Source: Phoronis australis (lineage: Eukaryota; Animalia; Phoronida). From it: 64,000 nucleotides of DNA. The stretch spans positions 783,988 through 847,987 of the forward strand of contig NMRA01000082.1 of NCBI GenBank assembly GCA_002633005.1. The letters run 5' to 3'. The translations under genes and the position numbers were made by a program. The notes below the pieces were generated by a model, which was not told the DNA's origin, searched no databases, and saw only the letters and a list, made by a program, of their open reading frames with translations. Within the stretch, counting starts at the first letter, position 1. The number at the start of each line of letters is the position of its first letter. Positions 1 through 13,029 of this stretch are shown one piece after another.

Positions 1-3000
1 GGTACTCTCTATGTGTCCTTCCCTCACACACGTGACCAAGTACAACTCATAGAGCGGTCATCTCATTAACTGAAGCACTAATTTGGATATTTGACTGGCA
101 TTCGGGTCGCTGCTAATTGTTATACATAAAGGTCGTCATTAGGTTAAAATTGGAGCCTACAAGATGGCAGACGATTCTGTTTGTGTGTTTTAGATTGATG
201 TAAATGAAAAAGAGGCGAAATAAAACCGGCTAATAACGTTTACGGCTCCCTAAATATCCCGAGTGAGTTTGCCATATTAGCAAACCCATGAGATATTCCC
301 TTATTTTTCTGACTGATGTCCATTTAAAAAATCCGACTGACCTTCAACTCTGATTGAGCTAAGTATGGTTACGCGCTTATTTCTTCCGATCAACATGAAT
401 GTTACACACAGCTGGTAAAAAGCGTTTTTTACTGCAAACTCAGAAACAACGTGGCACTGTGACAGATCATTTCAAAGTTTCACTTCGTGTTCTGATGAGG
501 GATTCTTCCGAAATTTCATTGGTATTTTAACAGATCTTCTTAACAGCTTTATGAACTGTAGTAGATAATTCAACCCCTTACCAGTGTTTGTAGATGTAAA
601 TGTGTAACTCCAGCATTATTGTAGATATCGTACTCCAGTTGCACATCGAATATCAATCTAAACATTCCAAAATAAAAATCGCTTGAAAACATTTATCTTC
701 AGAAAAAAATACAGTGATTATAACTGTTCAGAAATCAAGCCCTTCAAAGAGGTTATTCACTCGAAGATTCGACATTTTACTTGCCACTATTACTTGTTTC
801 ATTGTCACCTAGCGGCGAATGTGAAACTAAAGCATTCACTTGTCTCATTGGCTGGTATTCGTGTCATTTATTATAACACGACGCCATTAGGTCAAAATCT
901 ACAAGATGGCTGACGCTTTGGTTCGTCTTTGGTGGAGAGAGATAAAGAGATTTGAAAAATAACTGAGTAAGACCATTTACAGGTTTATTGTTCCCTAAAT
1001 ATTGTAAGGGATTTCATATTGTTTAGTGCAAGCACACACAACAGATATTATCCAACATTCATAAATTTGTGAAATAATAACTTAACGAATCATCAAGTAT
1101 GTTTGACATGAGTTATTGGCTATATGATCTTTGGAATCTCTTTCTTTCGNCCCCTTCCCCATCTGTGCTAACAACACATTTAGACATAAAGATGATTGCG
1201 TTTGTAGTGACTATTTGCACAAGGGAAGCGCAGGGACGCTGATGGCATTGAGAAATTATACCATTATGCTTGGCTTGAAATATAATAAAATGTCTTGCAT
1301 GATCACACCAGGTATGGCGACAGTCAAAAAGAGAATTCAAGGACCCACCCCCACATTGCGCATGACACATCGCGAAGCGGTGGCAATACAGTTTATACAT
1401 CCGGCAATACGTTCCGACGAACTGACTCCGGATGTTTATGAGGTTGAATATCGAGAGGCAAGTTTGATTTCATTGTACAGAAGAGAAAATTAAACCACAC
1501 AAGACATCTGTGTAAAAGAGGTAGTGTCGCTTGAAACGATGGGTTCGTGCACTAAATTAGTGTCTCGAACATTGAAATATCAAATGGGGATTATTATACG
1601 TTTATTTTTGCGTTTATGTGGTCCTGTCGCGCTTAGCTCGTACTGCTTTCAAGCTGTCGTGGTTTACCATTGGTATATAACAAATTCCATGTCTATATGT
1701 TAAAAGCAGTGTTCTAATTAATAAGGATATGTTATCCTTAAGCACTCACAATTTGCACATACGTTACAGGTCCAGTGGACGTACTTACGTTGGCTGCTGG
1801 CCGGGGTCATCCGTTTCAGGCCCTTGCAAAATTAAGTTACGGGTCTGTGAACGAGACATTTCTTTGTGTCCGTTTCATGAATGCCAATTATTATTTTCTG
1901 CAGGGTGGAGGATCATAAGGGGTTGGGAAGCTATAGCCGCCTACATTTTGCAGTGCTGTACCGCCCATGTCTCAGACAGTACATGTAAATATATTTGCAC
2001 TGACTTAGGAATGCTGATTGGAATAGGAAGGTACTCTCTATGTTTCCTTCCCTCACACATGTGACCAAGTACAACTCATAGAGCGGTCATCTCATTAACT
2101 GAAGCACTAATTTGGATATTTGACTGGCATTCGGGTCTCTGCTAATTGTTATACATAAAGGTCGTCATTAGGTTAAAATTGGAGCCTACAAGATGGCAGA
2201 CGATTCTGTTTGTGTGTTTTAGATTCATGTAAATGAAAAAAGAGGCGAAATAAAACCGTCTAATAGCGTTTACGGCTCCCTAAATATCCCGAGTGAGTTT
2301 GCCATATTAGCAAACCCATGAGAAATTCTGACTCATGTCCATTTAAAAAAATCCGACTGACCTTCAACACTGATTGAGCTATGGTTACGCGCTTATTTCT
2401 TCCGATCAACATGAATGTTACACACAGCTGGTAAAAAGCGTTTTTTACTGCGAACTCAGAAACAACGTGGCACTGTGACAGATCATTTCAAAGTTTCACT
2501 TCGTGTTCTGATGAGGGATTCTTCCAAAATTTCATTGGTATTTTAACAGGTCTTCTTAACAGCTTTATGAACTGTAGTCAACCCCTTACCAGTGTTTGTA
2601 AAATGTAAATGTATAACTCCAGCATTATTGTAGATATCGTACTCCAGTTGCACATCAAATATCAATCTAAACATTCCAAAATAAAAATCGCGTGAAAACT
2701 TTTATCGTCAGAAAGATACAGGGATTATAACTGTTCAGAAATCAAGCCCTTCAAAGAGGTAATTCACTCGAAGATTCGACATTTTACTTGCCACTATTGC
2801 TTGTTTCATTGTCACCTAGCGGCAAACGTGTAAACTAAAGCATTCACTTGTCTCATTGGCTGGTATTCGTGTCATTTATTATAACACGACGCCATTAGGT
2901 CAAAATCTACAAGATGGCTGACGCTTTGGTTCGTCTTTGGTGGAGAGAGATAAAGAGATTTGAAAAATAACTGAGAAAGACCATTTACAGGTTTATTGTT

Positions 3001-3157
3001 CCCTAAATATTTTAAGGGATTTTATATTGTTTAGTGCAAGCACACACAACAGATATTATCCAACATTCATAAATTTGTGAAATAATAACTTAACGAATCA
3101 TCAAGTATGTTTGACATGAGTTATTGGCTATATGATCTTTGGAATCTCTTTCTTTCG
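1..3157. repeat. Near-identical ~1.13-kb direct duplication (1-1149 vs 2030-3157); probable uncollapsed haplotype overlap
   Basis: Copies differ by scattered SNPs and small indels; copy 1 ends exactly at the single N at 1150. Confidence 0.85.
1312..1457 (+). CDS. Exon: FN3 domain, N-terminal half (..GPTPTLRMTHREAVAIQFIHP..DVYEVEYRE)
   Basis: caccag|gt acceptor; gag|GCAAGT donor (GC type), phase 0; joins exon 7708 to give the FN3-like YEVEYRE|VG motif. Confidence 0.7.
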
Positions 3158-3473
3158 AGACTTTACGTTCTCAAGCCATTTCACATTTTCCAAAGGTTGT
3201 TCTCCCCGTGATTGGATCCTGGTACCGTATCTGCGACTTCCCTTTACAGACCATTCCTAATTTATGCTAGTCTCGGCAACTTGCAAAGACGCTCGCCTTG
3301 GGGGTCATTACCGGAACGGGAAACACGTAAAGATAACCACCACGCCGACACTTCTGATTTCCTGATTTTGGCATTTGAGAACTTGGATGTTTGTCGCATA
3401 AGCTAATTCCTGTATGTACGTGTGTGTACACGTATGAATGTAGGCTTGTGTACATCAGGAAATACATACCGAT

Positions 3474-3570
3474 ACACACACCCACACAAGCACACCCGCT
3501 GACGCATACACACAAACACGCACACACACACGCACACACGCGTGCGCGTGCACACATACACACACACACA
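3474..3570. repeat. Imperfect (CA)n microsatellite
   Basis: acacacacccacacaagcacac..cacacacacaca; explains the HT/CV-rich spurious ORFs. Confidence 0.9.
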
Positions 3571-4079
3571 TGAATGTGCATGCATCTATGCACAGCACAT
3601 TCCTACTGTATTTAGTCCACTGCCTTTTCAGCTTCATTTCAATACCCTGTACTAGGTTGCATATCCACCTAAGGTGGCGAGGATGCGGCAAAGAAGGATG
3701 TTAACATCCTTGTTGCTGCAAAGGCCGGTATCCTGCTCTAACAGAGGGAGAGGTTAGTCGCCTCAAAAACGAAATTAAGGCGGCTACAGTATGTCGAAAA
3801 GCCGACATACATGTTCTTGTGGTGTTGAGTCATCGCGTCTTAACAAAGGTATGCTGCGTATAAGCTGCGCCGATGCTGCTACATTTGAGTATCTCAAGCA
3901 GGAGTGTCAGAAATTGCTGAGGCAGACGCAAGGTATGCCTACCATGTAATCGGTCCAGGGACCTCCCCCCGGTGCATAAGGCCGTCTGTCATGTCTCGGT
4001 TGACATTGCAGTCAGCAAGATGGAATTTCCATCCTCCTTGATATCAGCAAGTAGCCAGTGTCACTTCAGTTTGTGAGAA

Positions 4080-7000
4080 CATACCAAGTGCACAGTACAA
4101 GGATCTAAGCTTCGAGATTGCCATTGAGGAATTTGACTGGCTAGTGCTTAAAGGAGCATGCCACCCACAAAACAACCTATTTTGTATCAATTTAGATCGA
4201 GTTGTTCTACTCGATAACGGCACGTTCGGTTGCGTTACCTGACACTTGACGGCTGACGGAAGTGTTCAAATTATCCAATGGCGTCATTGGTTTCAAACGC
4301 AGTCTGTTCTACAGTTCACAACACGGGTTAGTGGTGTCAGTTTATCCCTTGAATTCATAACACAAATAAATCATCAAACTTCGATGTCAAACCCTTAAAA
4401 ATACACCGAGTTCTTATCAAAACGTGTTGTTTTATTTCGCTGTTACGGATTTACATGTATTGGTATTTGGACACACCGTAGCCTACAAAGTTCGGCAGGC
4501 TAATTTACCAAGGTCCGTAGCAGGAGTTTGGGGTCTGTTCAGAGATAAATTCGAAGTATTTTTTCCGTGGAATTCAGACAGGAGAACCTAGACCTGTTTT
4601 GTGACTTGTGATTTTTTGAGTTCTAAACACAAAACGCTTGTTATCCCGGCCAAATGAGTGGCTCGGAACCCGATCAGGCCCGCCGCGGCCGGACTGACTC
4701 GTTATTAGCGGCCAGTAGCTCAGAACCCGATCAGGCCCGTCGCGGCCAGACTGAAGACATCACGAATATAAACCAGCCAAAGTTGGAAACTAAACTTCCA
4801 GTCAAGAAAATAATATACTAGTAAGCCAAAAAAATAATGTGCACGTGATTAGGTTGGTGAATTAGCCACGAAACTGCAAATGTACTTACTCGTCGGGGGC
4901 CGCGACTTCAGGTTCCCCTTTGGCCACAGAACCGTCAGGGCAGATGTTGTGCATTGGCAATCATTATTTGAATAATGTATAGGTAAATAAAGAAGATTCC
5001 CCTAACACCTGGCCGTGGGATATAAAAACGAGTTGATGTTTCACAACAGTTTCTGTCAGCAAACACTGCATTAGCATGCGCTCACACAGCCTCGGTGTCC
5101 AGTCAATTAGTTGTATCGCACCTAAAGCCGTTAACGCAGTGATTTATTCATTGCTAGATTCTTTTTTTTTGCTAGATTCTTAAATCATTGCACTCACTAT
5201 CATTCCCAAGGCATAACAAATTGTATCTAATGAGACAGGGTTTGTTTCAAATTTATTTAAGTATTGGTTATAGTGAGAATAATTTATTTTGAAATTTTGA
5301 AACAGAACGCTCAGTAATAAACGTCAACACGGCAACTCGCAATCCCGACTAAGACAAGAACTCATCCGACGAAGACTTTGCAGGGGGATTGTGAAGTTTC
5401 ACAGGCTATCATTTCGAACCGGAATACAGTGATGAAGAAATACTTGAGAGGCGCCGTGAAGAAGCTCAGGCAAAGGAACATATGGATAGTTATTTGGTAA
5501 GCCGGCATTCGTCAGACTGTCAGTCTCTCGACGACTACAGGCCAAAGACACGGAGATGTTTCACGGCCTCATACTTTCTATCTACGGCGTACTTTTCATT
5601 CTTCACTACCGCGAGAAACTGTCTAAGCATTTCGGACTCTCGAGGAAATCAAAAAAAAGAATATACCCGCTTTCCTTGCAGCTGCATAGTTCGGACAAAC
5701 AGGAACGATGTATTGCAACATAGCGGCATTCACTCTGCAAATGAACCACTGATGTCGCTCCGTCCTTTCTCACCTTCCTCACAGGTTAACGCAACACCTC
5801 TAGGCAAGGTAAGGTCGACCGTATCGGAGGCGATGTGGATATAGACCAAGTAAGACGGTAACAAGACTTATTACATCGGGTGACATTCTCCTTTAAGGCA
5901 CTGGAATGGAAGCCTTGCTCCGCTCTTTCCAGGGTTGTTTATAGGATGAAGACCAAGACGGCGAAGCCTGCAAGTGTTAGGGTTGATGTACCCGCCAAGG
6001 CCAATAGGCCTTCTGCGGTGGTCGAGTCAGCCCCGGAAACAGAAACACCAAGTTTATCGATGTGGAAGAAGGCGACAAGGCTGCCAAACATCGTGTGGTG
6101 GCCAAAGTAGTCATTCCTGGCCTCCGTCTAGTTGTGGTAACAGGTGATCAGTCGCTTGCTGATGTCACAACCATTGTCGACCACACTGCAATATTTGCAG
6201 TGTCGCGAGATTTTTAGTGAGTGAGCGTACTGATGGCATACTAGCACGCTTAAAGATGAAGAGCAGCTGGTATTTTCCTAGTATAATTATGCTGCATTTT
6301 CTGATGGGGGTGAACTTAAAATTTGGCTGATAAAGCTGCATCATGCCAACAATCGATATCTTCTTCTTCAGCAAACTCTGAATAAATATATTTGCTCTTT
6401 GTTTTTGATTCAAGAGGAATACTGCAAGGGAAACACCGTTTTTCATGTTCGTAGAAATGCCAAATCATACACAACACGACTTGACATCAGTTTGAGGCGA
6501 AGTCCAGCAGTTTTGGTATCCATAGCCATATCGTCAGTACCACTGCTAAACTTCTGTGACATGCCTGTAGCATGTCGCCTTACTGGTCAAATGGACTTGT
6601 CCGCACTGTTTGGTGTGTTTCGGCATCCATGCTGGGAGACTCAGTTGAGGAACATCCAAGTGAGATGGTACAGCACATTATACAACATTGCAGCAACAAA
6701 GGCATTCCATTGGTATTTGGCCTCTATGCTTACGCACATCATAACTTGTGGAACAGTACAGACACAAACTCGAGAGTTGAATCTCTGCTAGTGTTCATTG
6801 TCACCACCCAACTAAGTATTTGCAATACATTCCACGAATCTACTTTTGTTGTTCAGAATCGCCAAGAGATCCTAGATCTTTTTGGATGGTATACCTGCAG
6901 CAGATCTGGTGAAGAACGGCTCTCCCCTTCTACACAGTGACATCAGAAATGCTGATTAGCATATCTTCAATGAAGAATGTTCAAACTCACGTGATAACTT

Positions 7001-7620
7001 GAACCGTGGAACTTTCACTGATGTTGATTCGCTGCCAAATAATGTCACAGCTGTTCCAACTAATGTACAATGTTCCCTGTCCAATGAAGAATGCGAGGCT
7101 TACTGGTGAACATAATTACCAGTTATAGTGGACCAATGAGATCGCCTCTCTTCAGAAGAAGGCAAGGAAAGCCCATCGGGTTGCACAGCGTGCAGACACT
7201 GAAAAGTACCTGGACGGTAACTTTCAGACTAACAGAGTCTTCACGTCTGTTACAGGTAGGGCAAAAAGAAGCTCGTTGAGAATTTTTTGCCCGCATTCTT
7301 CAAATCTGTCACCAACAACAACAAGACTGGAGGGACAAAACTGCTCAGTTGGACACTGGCCAACGAAAAGACGGTTCACACATTAGTTAACCTGGAGAAA
7401 CTCTCAGGGCCATGTTGGATAAACACTATCCCGGTAGTGTGATTCCTGGTCATCAAACTACATTACCTGATGGGCAAACAGGACTTTCTTGATGAGATCG
7501 TTACTACTCAATCTTAAAGTGGCCCTCATGTCCTTTAAACCATGTAAGAGCCCTGGGAAAGACATGGTATTCCCTAAGATGCTACAGGAAGCAGGAACCT
7601 ACCTTTTCCAAATCCTGTCT
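4080..7620 (+). mobile_element. Degraded non-LTR retrotransposon (LOA/R1-like): ORF1 remnant plus APE endonuclease/pre-RT remnant; boundaries approximate
   Basis: AHHNLWNSTDTNSR..ICN..STFV..RQEILDL (APE motifs, 6720-6880) and SFKPCKSPGKDMVFPKMLQ (~7530-7590); frameshifted. Confidence 0.7.
4152..5892. mobile_element. Non-autonomous Kolobok-type DNA transposon
   Basis: TTAA on both sides (4148-4151, 5893-5896); termini AGGAGCATGCCACCC / GGGTGACATTCTCCT (13/15 inverted match); internal GYHFEPEYSDEE remnant; removal restores the flanking reading frame. Confidence 0.8.
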
Positions 7621-7707
7621 TTAAACCAACATACTTTATCGGCTTTATAGTAATGGTTTAGAAGCAATAATACATGTAAGTCATTATATAGATTCGTGAT
7701 TTTATAG

Positions 7708-7903
7708 GTTGGCCGCCAGCAACCACACCTTGTTGACAAAGGACAACTAGTTACCTTGAAGCATGAAAATACAGAGACTGTAGCCTACATTCCAGTTAAG
7801 CCGGGCAAAGTGTATGAAGTCACAGTCTTCGCTGCTTACCACTTTGGTGGTACCAAATTGCAGCGCATAGCTGGCAAAGCATCAGAAACATTGACAATAA
7901 AAG
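7708..7903 (+). CDS. Exon: FN3 domain, C-terminal half (VGRQQ..VKPGKVYEVTVFAAY..ASETLTIK)
   Basis: ttttatag acceptor, g|gtaaaa donor; PGxxYEVTVxA is the FN3 F-strand motif. Confidence 0.85.
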
Positions 7904-8502
7904 GTAAAAGTTTTCATTTAGCCTCTGACTACGAGATTTTTATACCCCCCCCCCCACGACTAGCGACACCACCTTGCACATACATGACACACACATATCT
8001 TTCCACTATCTATTGTTTCAACATATCTTAATTATTCAAAATATCGTTCACGACAACAGCGCTGTTTTAATAAGCGATGTGATTTTTGCATTTTCGACCG
8101 AACGATAAACAATGAAATTCGTTTACTGAGTTCAACGTTTTTGAAGAGAGGCACATATGGCAATCGCTCCTATATTGGACTTGACAAAAATGTTTGACAA
8201 TGCAGACAACACCACAACTGTGAATGCAACAATTCCGACGAGCTTAAGTAAACTGCCCAAGACCGCATCAATTTCAGCCAAGGTGGTTTATCTTTTTTAA
8301 AAGCAGCAAAATGATACATGTACGTTAACAAGGGTAACCCCGGTTTGAAATTCCATAATTTAATTGCCTGTAACGGCAATTGTCTTTCGAGCTTCTGTGA
8401 TTCGCAAGTAGCAATAGATTAAGTATTGTTTTATTGGCTTGAGTTAGGAATTAACTTAGCAAGAACAATTCGTGTCTGTCTATTCTGATTTCTTGTTTTG
8501 AG

Positions 8503-8655
8503 GTGGAAAGGGTTGCACTCCGGGATTTTTTGGAATGGGTTGTAGTTACAAATGTCACTGCAAAGGTGATGAGCCGTGCTCTGAAGTCAACGGAAAATGC
8601 CCTGGCGAGTGTGATACGTACTACACCATAGGCAATTACGGCGCATGTACATCTC
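8503..8655 (+). CDS. Exon: EGF-like repeat (CTPGFFGMGCSYKCHC..)
   Basis: CxxGxxGxxCxxxCxC pattern; c|gtaagt donor; acceptor is an unusual ttttgag, so the start is approximate. Confidence 0.85.
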
Positions 8656-9233
8656 GTAAGTATGTCGTTTCCATGACTAATGCCACGTCTTTAGCGAGCA
8701 GCTGGTTTATATCGTTATAGGTCTTTGACCAGTGCTATAAATCCGCCTTTTATAAATAAATAAGTTAGGATTAAGACCAATTTTGTAGGAGGTCAAAGTC
8801 AAGTAATAAAAGTATTCAAAATGGTTATAATACTCAGGTTAATTAACATACAATTCCTAGTTTTAAAAACTAAACGTTTCTTTTTGATACTTTCATTGCT
8901 CAGCAAGTTGATCTCACCTCGCACGTCATTTATGCGCATGGTATCCTTATGACGTCTAAACAGTGCCACAGAAAAAGCACTACCTGTTAACAACTCAGCT
9001 AGCCAATCAAAAACGACGGTGTATTTTTCCCCTGAGGAAAATTAATTGATACTTGCGTGTCTCCTTCACCCTAGCGGACATTTAGGGACCCAGCTAATTT
9101 TTGCAGGGTCTTTGCGTCTACGAATGACATGCTAGGGCATTGTTGACTACTGTGCTTTCTAACCTTGCATCGTGGTCATGTTTAGCCGTGGGTGTCGCTG
9201 CATTCTCCCTATCCTGTATCTGCGTTATTTCAG

Positions 9234-9374
9234 ACAAAGGCTGCCCTGTCGGATGGTGGGGAGAAAAGTGTCGGAACAAGTGTAATTGTGAAAATGACGC
9301 CAATTGCGACAATACAGAATTCGGCGATTGTGCCAAATGCAAAAAGCGGTTTATTGGGATTGGTTGTAGTACAA
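9234..9374 (+). CDS. Cassette 1 exon a: EGF-like (CPVGWWGEKCRNKCNCEN..CKKRFIGIGCST)
   Basis: tttcag acceptor, a|gtgagt donor, 141 nt, phase 1-1; paralogue of 22809-22949. Confidence 0.92.
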
Positions 9375-9720
9375 GTGAGTAATCGAAAATTCCGAGAAAA
9401 CGTGCTGATTTGAAGATACCCAAACACGGTATGTACAACATGTGCTCAGAGTCAACACAAGCTCATTGTGTTCCATAAAATCATTCTTTGTAATATAAGT
9501 TTAGAATTTTCCATGCGTGCATGTTTAAATACACCAGAAGGTACTTTGTATGTGACGCTGAGTCAGCTTAATTAAACCGTGTCCAATTCTCTTAAAAATT
9601 CGGTGATATGCTTGTGTAAGGAGTAGGCGGGCCCTGTTTGTAATTTAAATATATGGTATTCCATGGCCAAGGCGTTATCCCCCGTAATCATGAGCCTGGG
9701 TGGATTTCGGAGAATTATCA

Positions 9721-9790
9721 TCCGAGTGGCGCAGTAGTTAGGTTGGCGACTCAAAACCATTGGGAATCGGGTTCAAAACAGGCCACGGGT
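9721..9790 (+). mobile_element. tRNA-derived SINE head / tRNA-like remnant
   Basis: A-box-like TGGCGCAGTAGTT and B-box-like GGTTCAAAAC at tRNA-like spacing; no intact cloverleaf. Confidence 0.4.
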
Positions 9791-10660
9791 TTCCGCCAAC
9801 ATGTTATTTAACGCGTGTTGAATAACTAAATGTAGAATTCAAAACGTTCAGTCTTCAAAGTTTATTCAAAATCGTACGGTCATACGGTCGTACAGTCTTA
9901 CAAAAAGTACATTGGGTTTCCTAAAAGAAAATAAGAAACAAATGTAAGCGAAACAAACAAATAAATAATTTCCAAAACAAACCAACAAGTATCACTGTGA
10001 ATAATAGCACCAAAACTAAAAGACGAAATAACTAGTTTCTAACTGCAAACTCAAAATGAATTAGAGGTCAAACCGATGTCAAATGACCGCGTGGTCAAGT
10101 TCAGTGGAGAGAAACGCCAATATGCAAACATACAAAGCCTCGAAAACAAATAGAAAATAGCTCTGATATACTAAACATACTAAGCAAGTTTGAAGCAAAC
10201 AACAAGCTATCAACCACGAATGGAATGAGGTTGAAAATAATAACTTTCAAGGAGTAAGCAAAAATACGTGGTTCATGTATTCAACAAACAACAAGAAGTG
10301 ACAGGCAGCGTAACAAGCGGCGAACGTGAACACTATACAAAGCACTGACTCGCCGCGCCCTCTATAGATATCTCTGAACTAAAACGCATTTGACATCCTA
10401 CACTGAAGGTATTATTTAACTGCTGTATTGGCCAAGTTAGGCTGAAAATGTGGTATAACACATTTTAATTTTACTGGCAAGTGCTTGAATGTTATCTTAC
10501 ATGTAGTTTCGGAGTGAGTTTTGAAAGAACCTTGCATTCACTCATTAGTTATCAATTTGACAATTCCTACAAACATAACAGTAGCTTGCTCCACCTTCTC
10601 CGGATGATTGGTTGAGGAAGATTTATGCAAATTATGGGCAAACATTTGATTGTTTTACAG

Positions 10661-10801
10661 AGACTCCGTGCAAAGAGCCGAAGGTTTATGGACCAGATTG
10701 CAATACACCATGCAACTGTTTAAACGATGCACCGTGCGACGACTATACCGGGAAATGTGATCGGTGTCCTCCTGGATTCAGCGGAGAAAATTGTTCAATA
10801 A
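10661..10801 (+). CDS. Cassette 1 exon b: EGF-like (CKEPKVYGPDCNTPCNCLN..GFSGENCSI)
   Basis: ttttacag acceptor, a|gtaagc donor, 141 nt; paralogue of 23810-23950. Confidence 0.93.
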
Positions 10802-11499
10802 GTAAGCAATATAATGATACATGCATGGCAGGTAGACAAATATCATGGTGTCATACAGCCTTGCAGTCATCTCCTCGACGATATCGACTGTTCGAGGCTG
10901 TTCCGTGGCAGGGATTACATGTATGTACACACTGAAGAACAACATCAGGAAAGCAAGAGAAACAACAGGTGGTTGCAGTATCCACTGTTTCCCTATGGTA
11001 TTCTAGTTGGCCGTCAGAGGCCAGTAGTGTAGGAGGTCAAGGTCAGGTAATAAAAGTATTCAAACTGATTGCCCCTCAGTTCAGTAATATTTCCCGTAAT
11101 TTTCCTCAAATATTAACGTACATGTACAACGTTTGGCGACGATCAAATCCAAACCCTAAATGTCCTGAGCTGCAGGCTTGAAACATTATGCATACCTAAT
11201 TTTCAGTTGTCTAGTATGTAACTTCTCCCGTTTTTACCATCATTATAGAAAACAGCGATGAATTATGAACACTTTTAACTCTGCATTACGTGCATGACCA
11301 TGGGTGTTATGTCCTCAAAACCCGTCGTACATTTCCAGGAAGTTAGCCAATTGGAAGAATCCTTGTCATTTCAACACCCGTTGTTTCCGCTCTAAAATCT
11401 GTCCGAATTGTCAAAGGATTTCGTGCCAACAACATCCTTCGCAAGTCCGAGGCGAATATACTCCAAATTCGAATAAGTCAGAGCAATTTCATGAAAAGG

Positions 11500-11720
11500 T
11501 AAAACTACCCTTGACCTATTTTCGATCATCGTCAATGGAGATCTCCCGCAAGATCAGAGAAGCAATTTAAATTAAACACCAAATTAACACAATCAACCGT
11601 GACCAAGGGCTACTACTTCTCCCTATTTAGGACAATGTGATACTTCCGGTTCAACATCTGCGGGAAGTTCACATTTGTGGACAAGGGCCTGATGTACAGG
11701 CTCTAAACACTATGCATACC
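11500..11720 (+). mobile_element. Penelope-like element, 3' GIY-YIG remnant
   Basis: RKIREAI*IKHQINTINRDQG matches the RKIxEAIxI..NRDxG terminus. Confidence 0.6.
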
Positions 11721-11829
11721 TATTTTTTTGTCTTCTAGTAAGTAACATGACGACAAAAATCACCGTTAACCCTGCGGTGACTTTACCTATCGACACTGGA
11801 AACGGTGGATACGTAGATTCGGCTTATTG

Positions 11830-12200
11830 TATGTCGACGAAGCTGGCTGCCCAGACTCAAAGCAGCGTAGACATTATCGTTGGTTTTGGTCAGTTACATT
11901 TTGGAGCCAAAAAGAATGCTCTCTGTCTTACCGAGTTGTAGTGATAACCGATTTTTCGTTTAATCTGATGCGTAGTTTGAGAATCTCACTTGCTCTACGA
12001 TTTTCGATGTCAATGGGATCCTCAGCAGAGTAAAGTAATGCTGAATCATCAGGGTGGAGAAAACAATTTACACTCGACTGCTTTGTGCATGGCGTTAAAA
12101 TCAACATGGAAAAGCAAAGGTCGCAGAAGTGACGCCTGAGGAACACCACAGGTGGTAGTCCTGGCATCGGAAAGAGTTTTAGCAAGTTAAGCACGTTGTT
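11830..12200 (-). mobile_element. CR1/L2-like LINE RT remnant
   Basis: HPDDSALLYSAEDPIDIEN (degenerate YADD region), then frameshifted LGKTESILFGSK. Confidence 0.55.
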
Positions 12201-12609
12201 TGCGACAATGAAAATAACTTCAAAGCCAGTCCAGAGCAGTGTTCTAGAGATTGGGTGCTGTAAGCTTTTGGATTATAGTTTGATTGTCAACAGTATCGAA
12301 TGCATTTTACAAATCGAGTAGGAGCATTCCGGTTTAATTTAGTTTTTTTGGAAGCTTCCGCCGGATGTTGAACCCAAGTTTCGTGAAGATGAGGAGCACA
12401 ACACATTTGATGCCGACCAAGACGACACGACTGACCTTCACCAGGACACGAGTACGAACGGACGACTGACACGTGTGAGGAGAAATCGTACTAGATAGAT
12501 GGAGGAGATTTAGTGACATTATTAGATATGTGCGCTTAGTTTTTAGTGTTACCGCAATTTTCTTAACGTTGCTTTACCCAGTGGACACTACCAAGTGTTT
12601 ACATTTATC

Positions 12610-13015
12610 TCAGTTCTATCATTCTTAGTGTATTTACCTGTTTCTGAGTTATTTTCTTTTAGAAGGATATTGATGCAGTATTTACCGATTTACTATAGTA
12701 TTCTAGTTAACCGGTAGAGGCCAGTAGTGTAGGTATCAGGGGTCAACTAATAAAAATATTGAAATGCTTGCCACTTAGTTCTATAATATTTACAGTATTT
12801 GAACCCTAAAANTCAGTTCTATCATTCTTAGTGTATTTACCTGTTTCTGAGTTATTTTCTTTTTAGAAGGATATTGATGCAGTATTTACCGATTTACTAT
12901 AGTATTCTAGTTGACCGGTAGAGGCCAGTAGTGTAGGTATCAGGGGTCAACTAATAAAAATATTGAAATGCTTGCCACTTAGTTCTATAATATTTACCGT
13001 ATTTGAACCCTAAAA
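12610..13015. repeat. ~200-bp tandem duplication across single N at 12812; probable contig-overlap artefact
   Basis: 12610-12811 is nearly identical to 12813-13015. Confidence 0.85.
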
Positions 13016-13029
13016 GTTGAGATACATTA

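Noticed and set aside
1-3157. 1.1-kb duplication as LTR pair or real segmental duplication
   Set aside because: Copy 1 ends exactly at an N junction, differences are allele-like, and there is no retroelement interior; most likely uncollapsed haplotypes.
3267-3691. Cys/Val- and His/Thr-rich ORFs
   Set aside because: Translations of a CA microsatellite.
12610-13015. 200-bp tandem repeat as biological
   Set aside because: The copies abut a single N; typical contig-overlap artefact.
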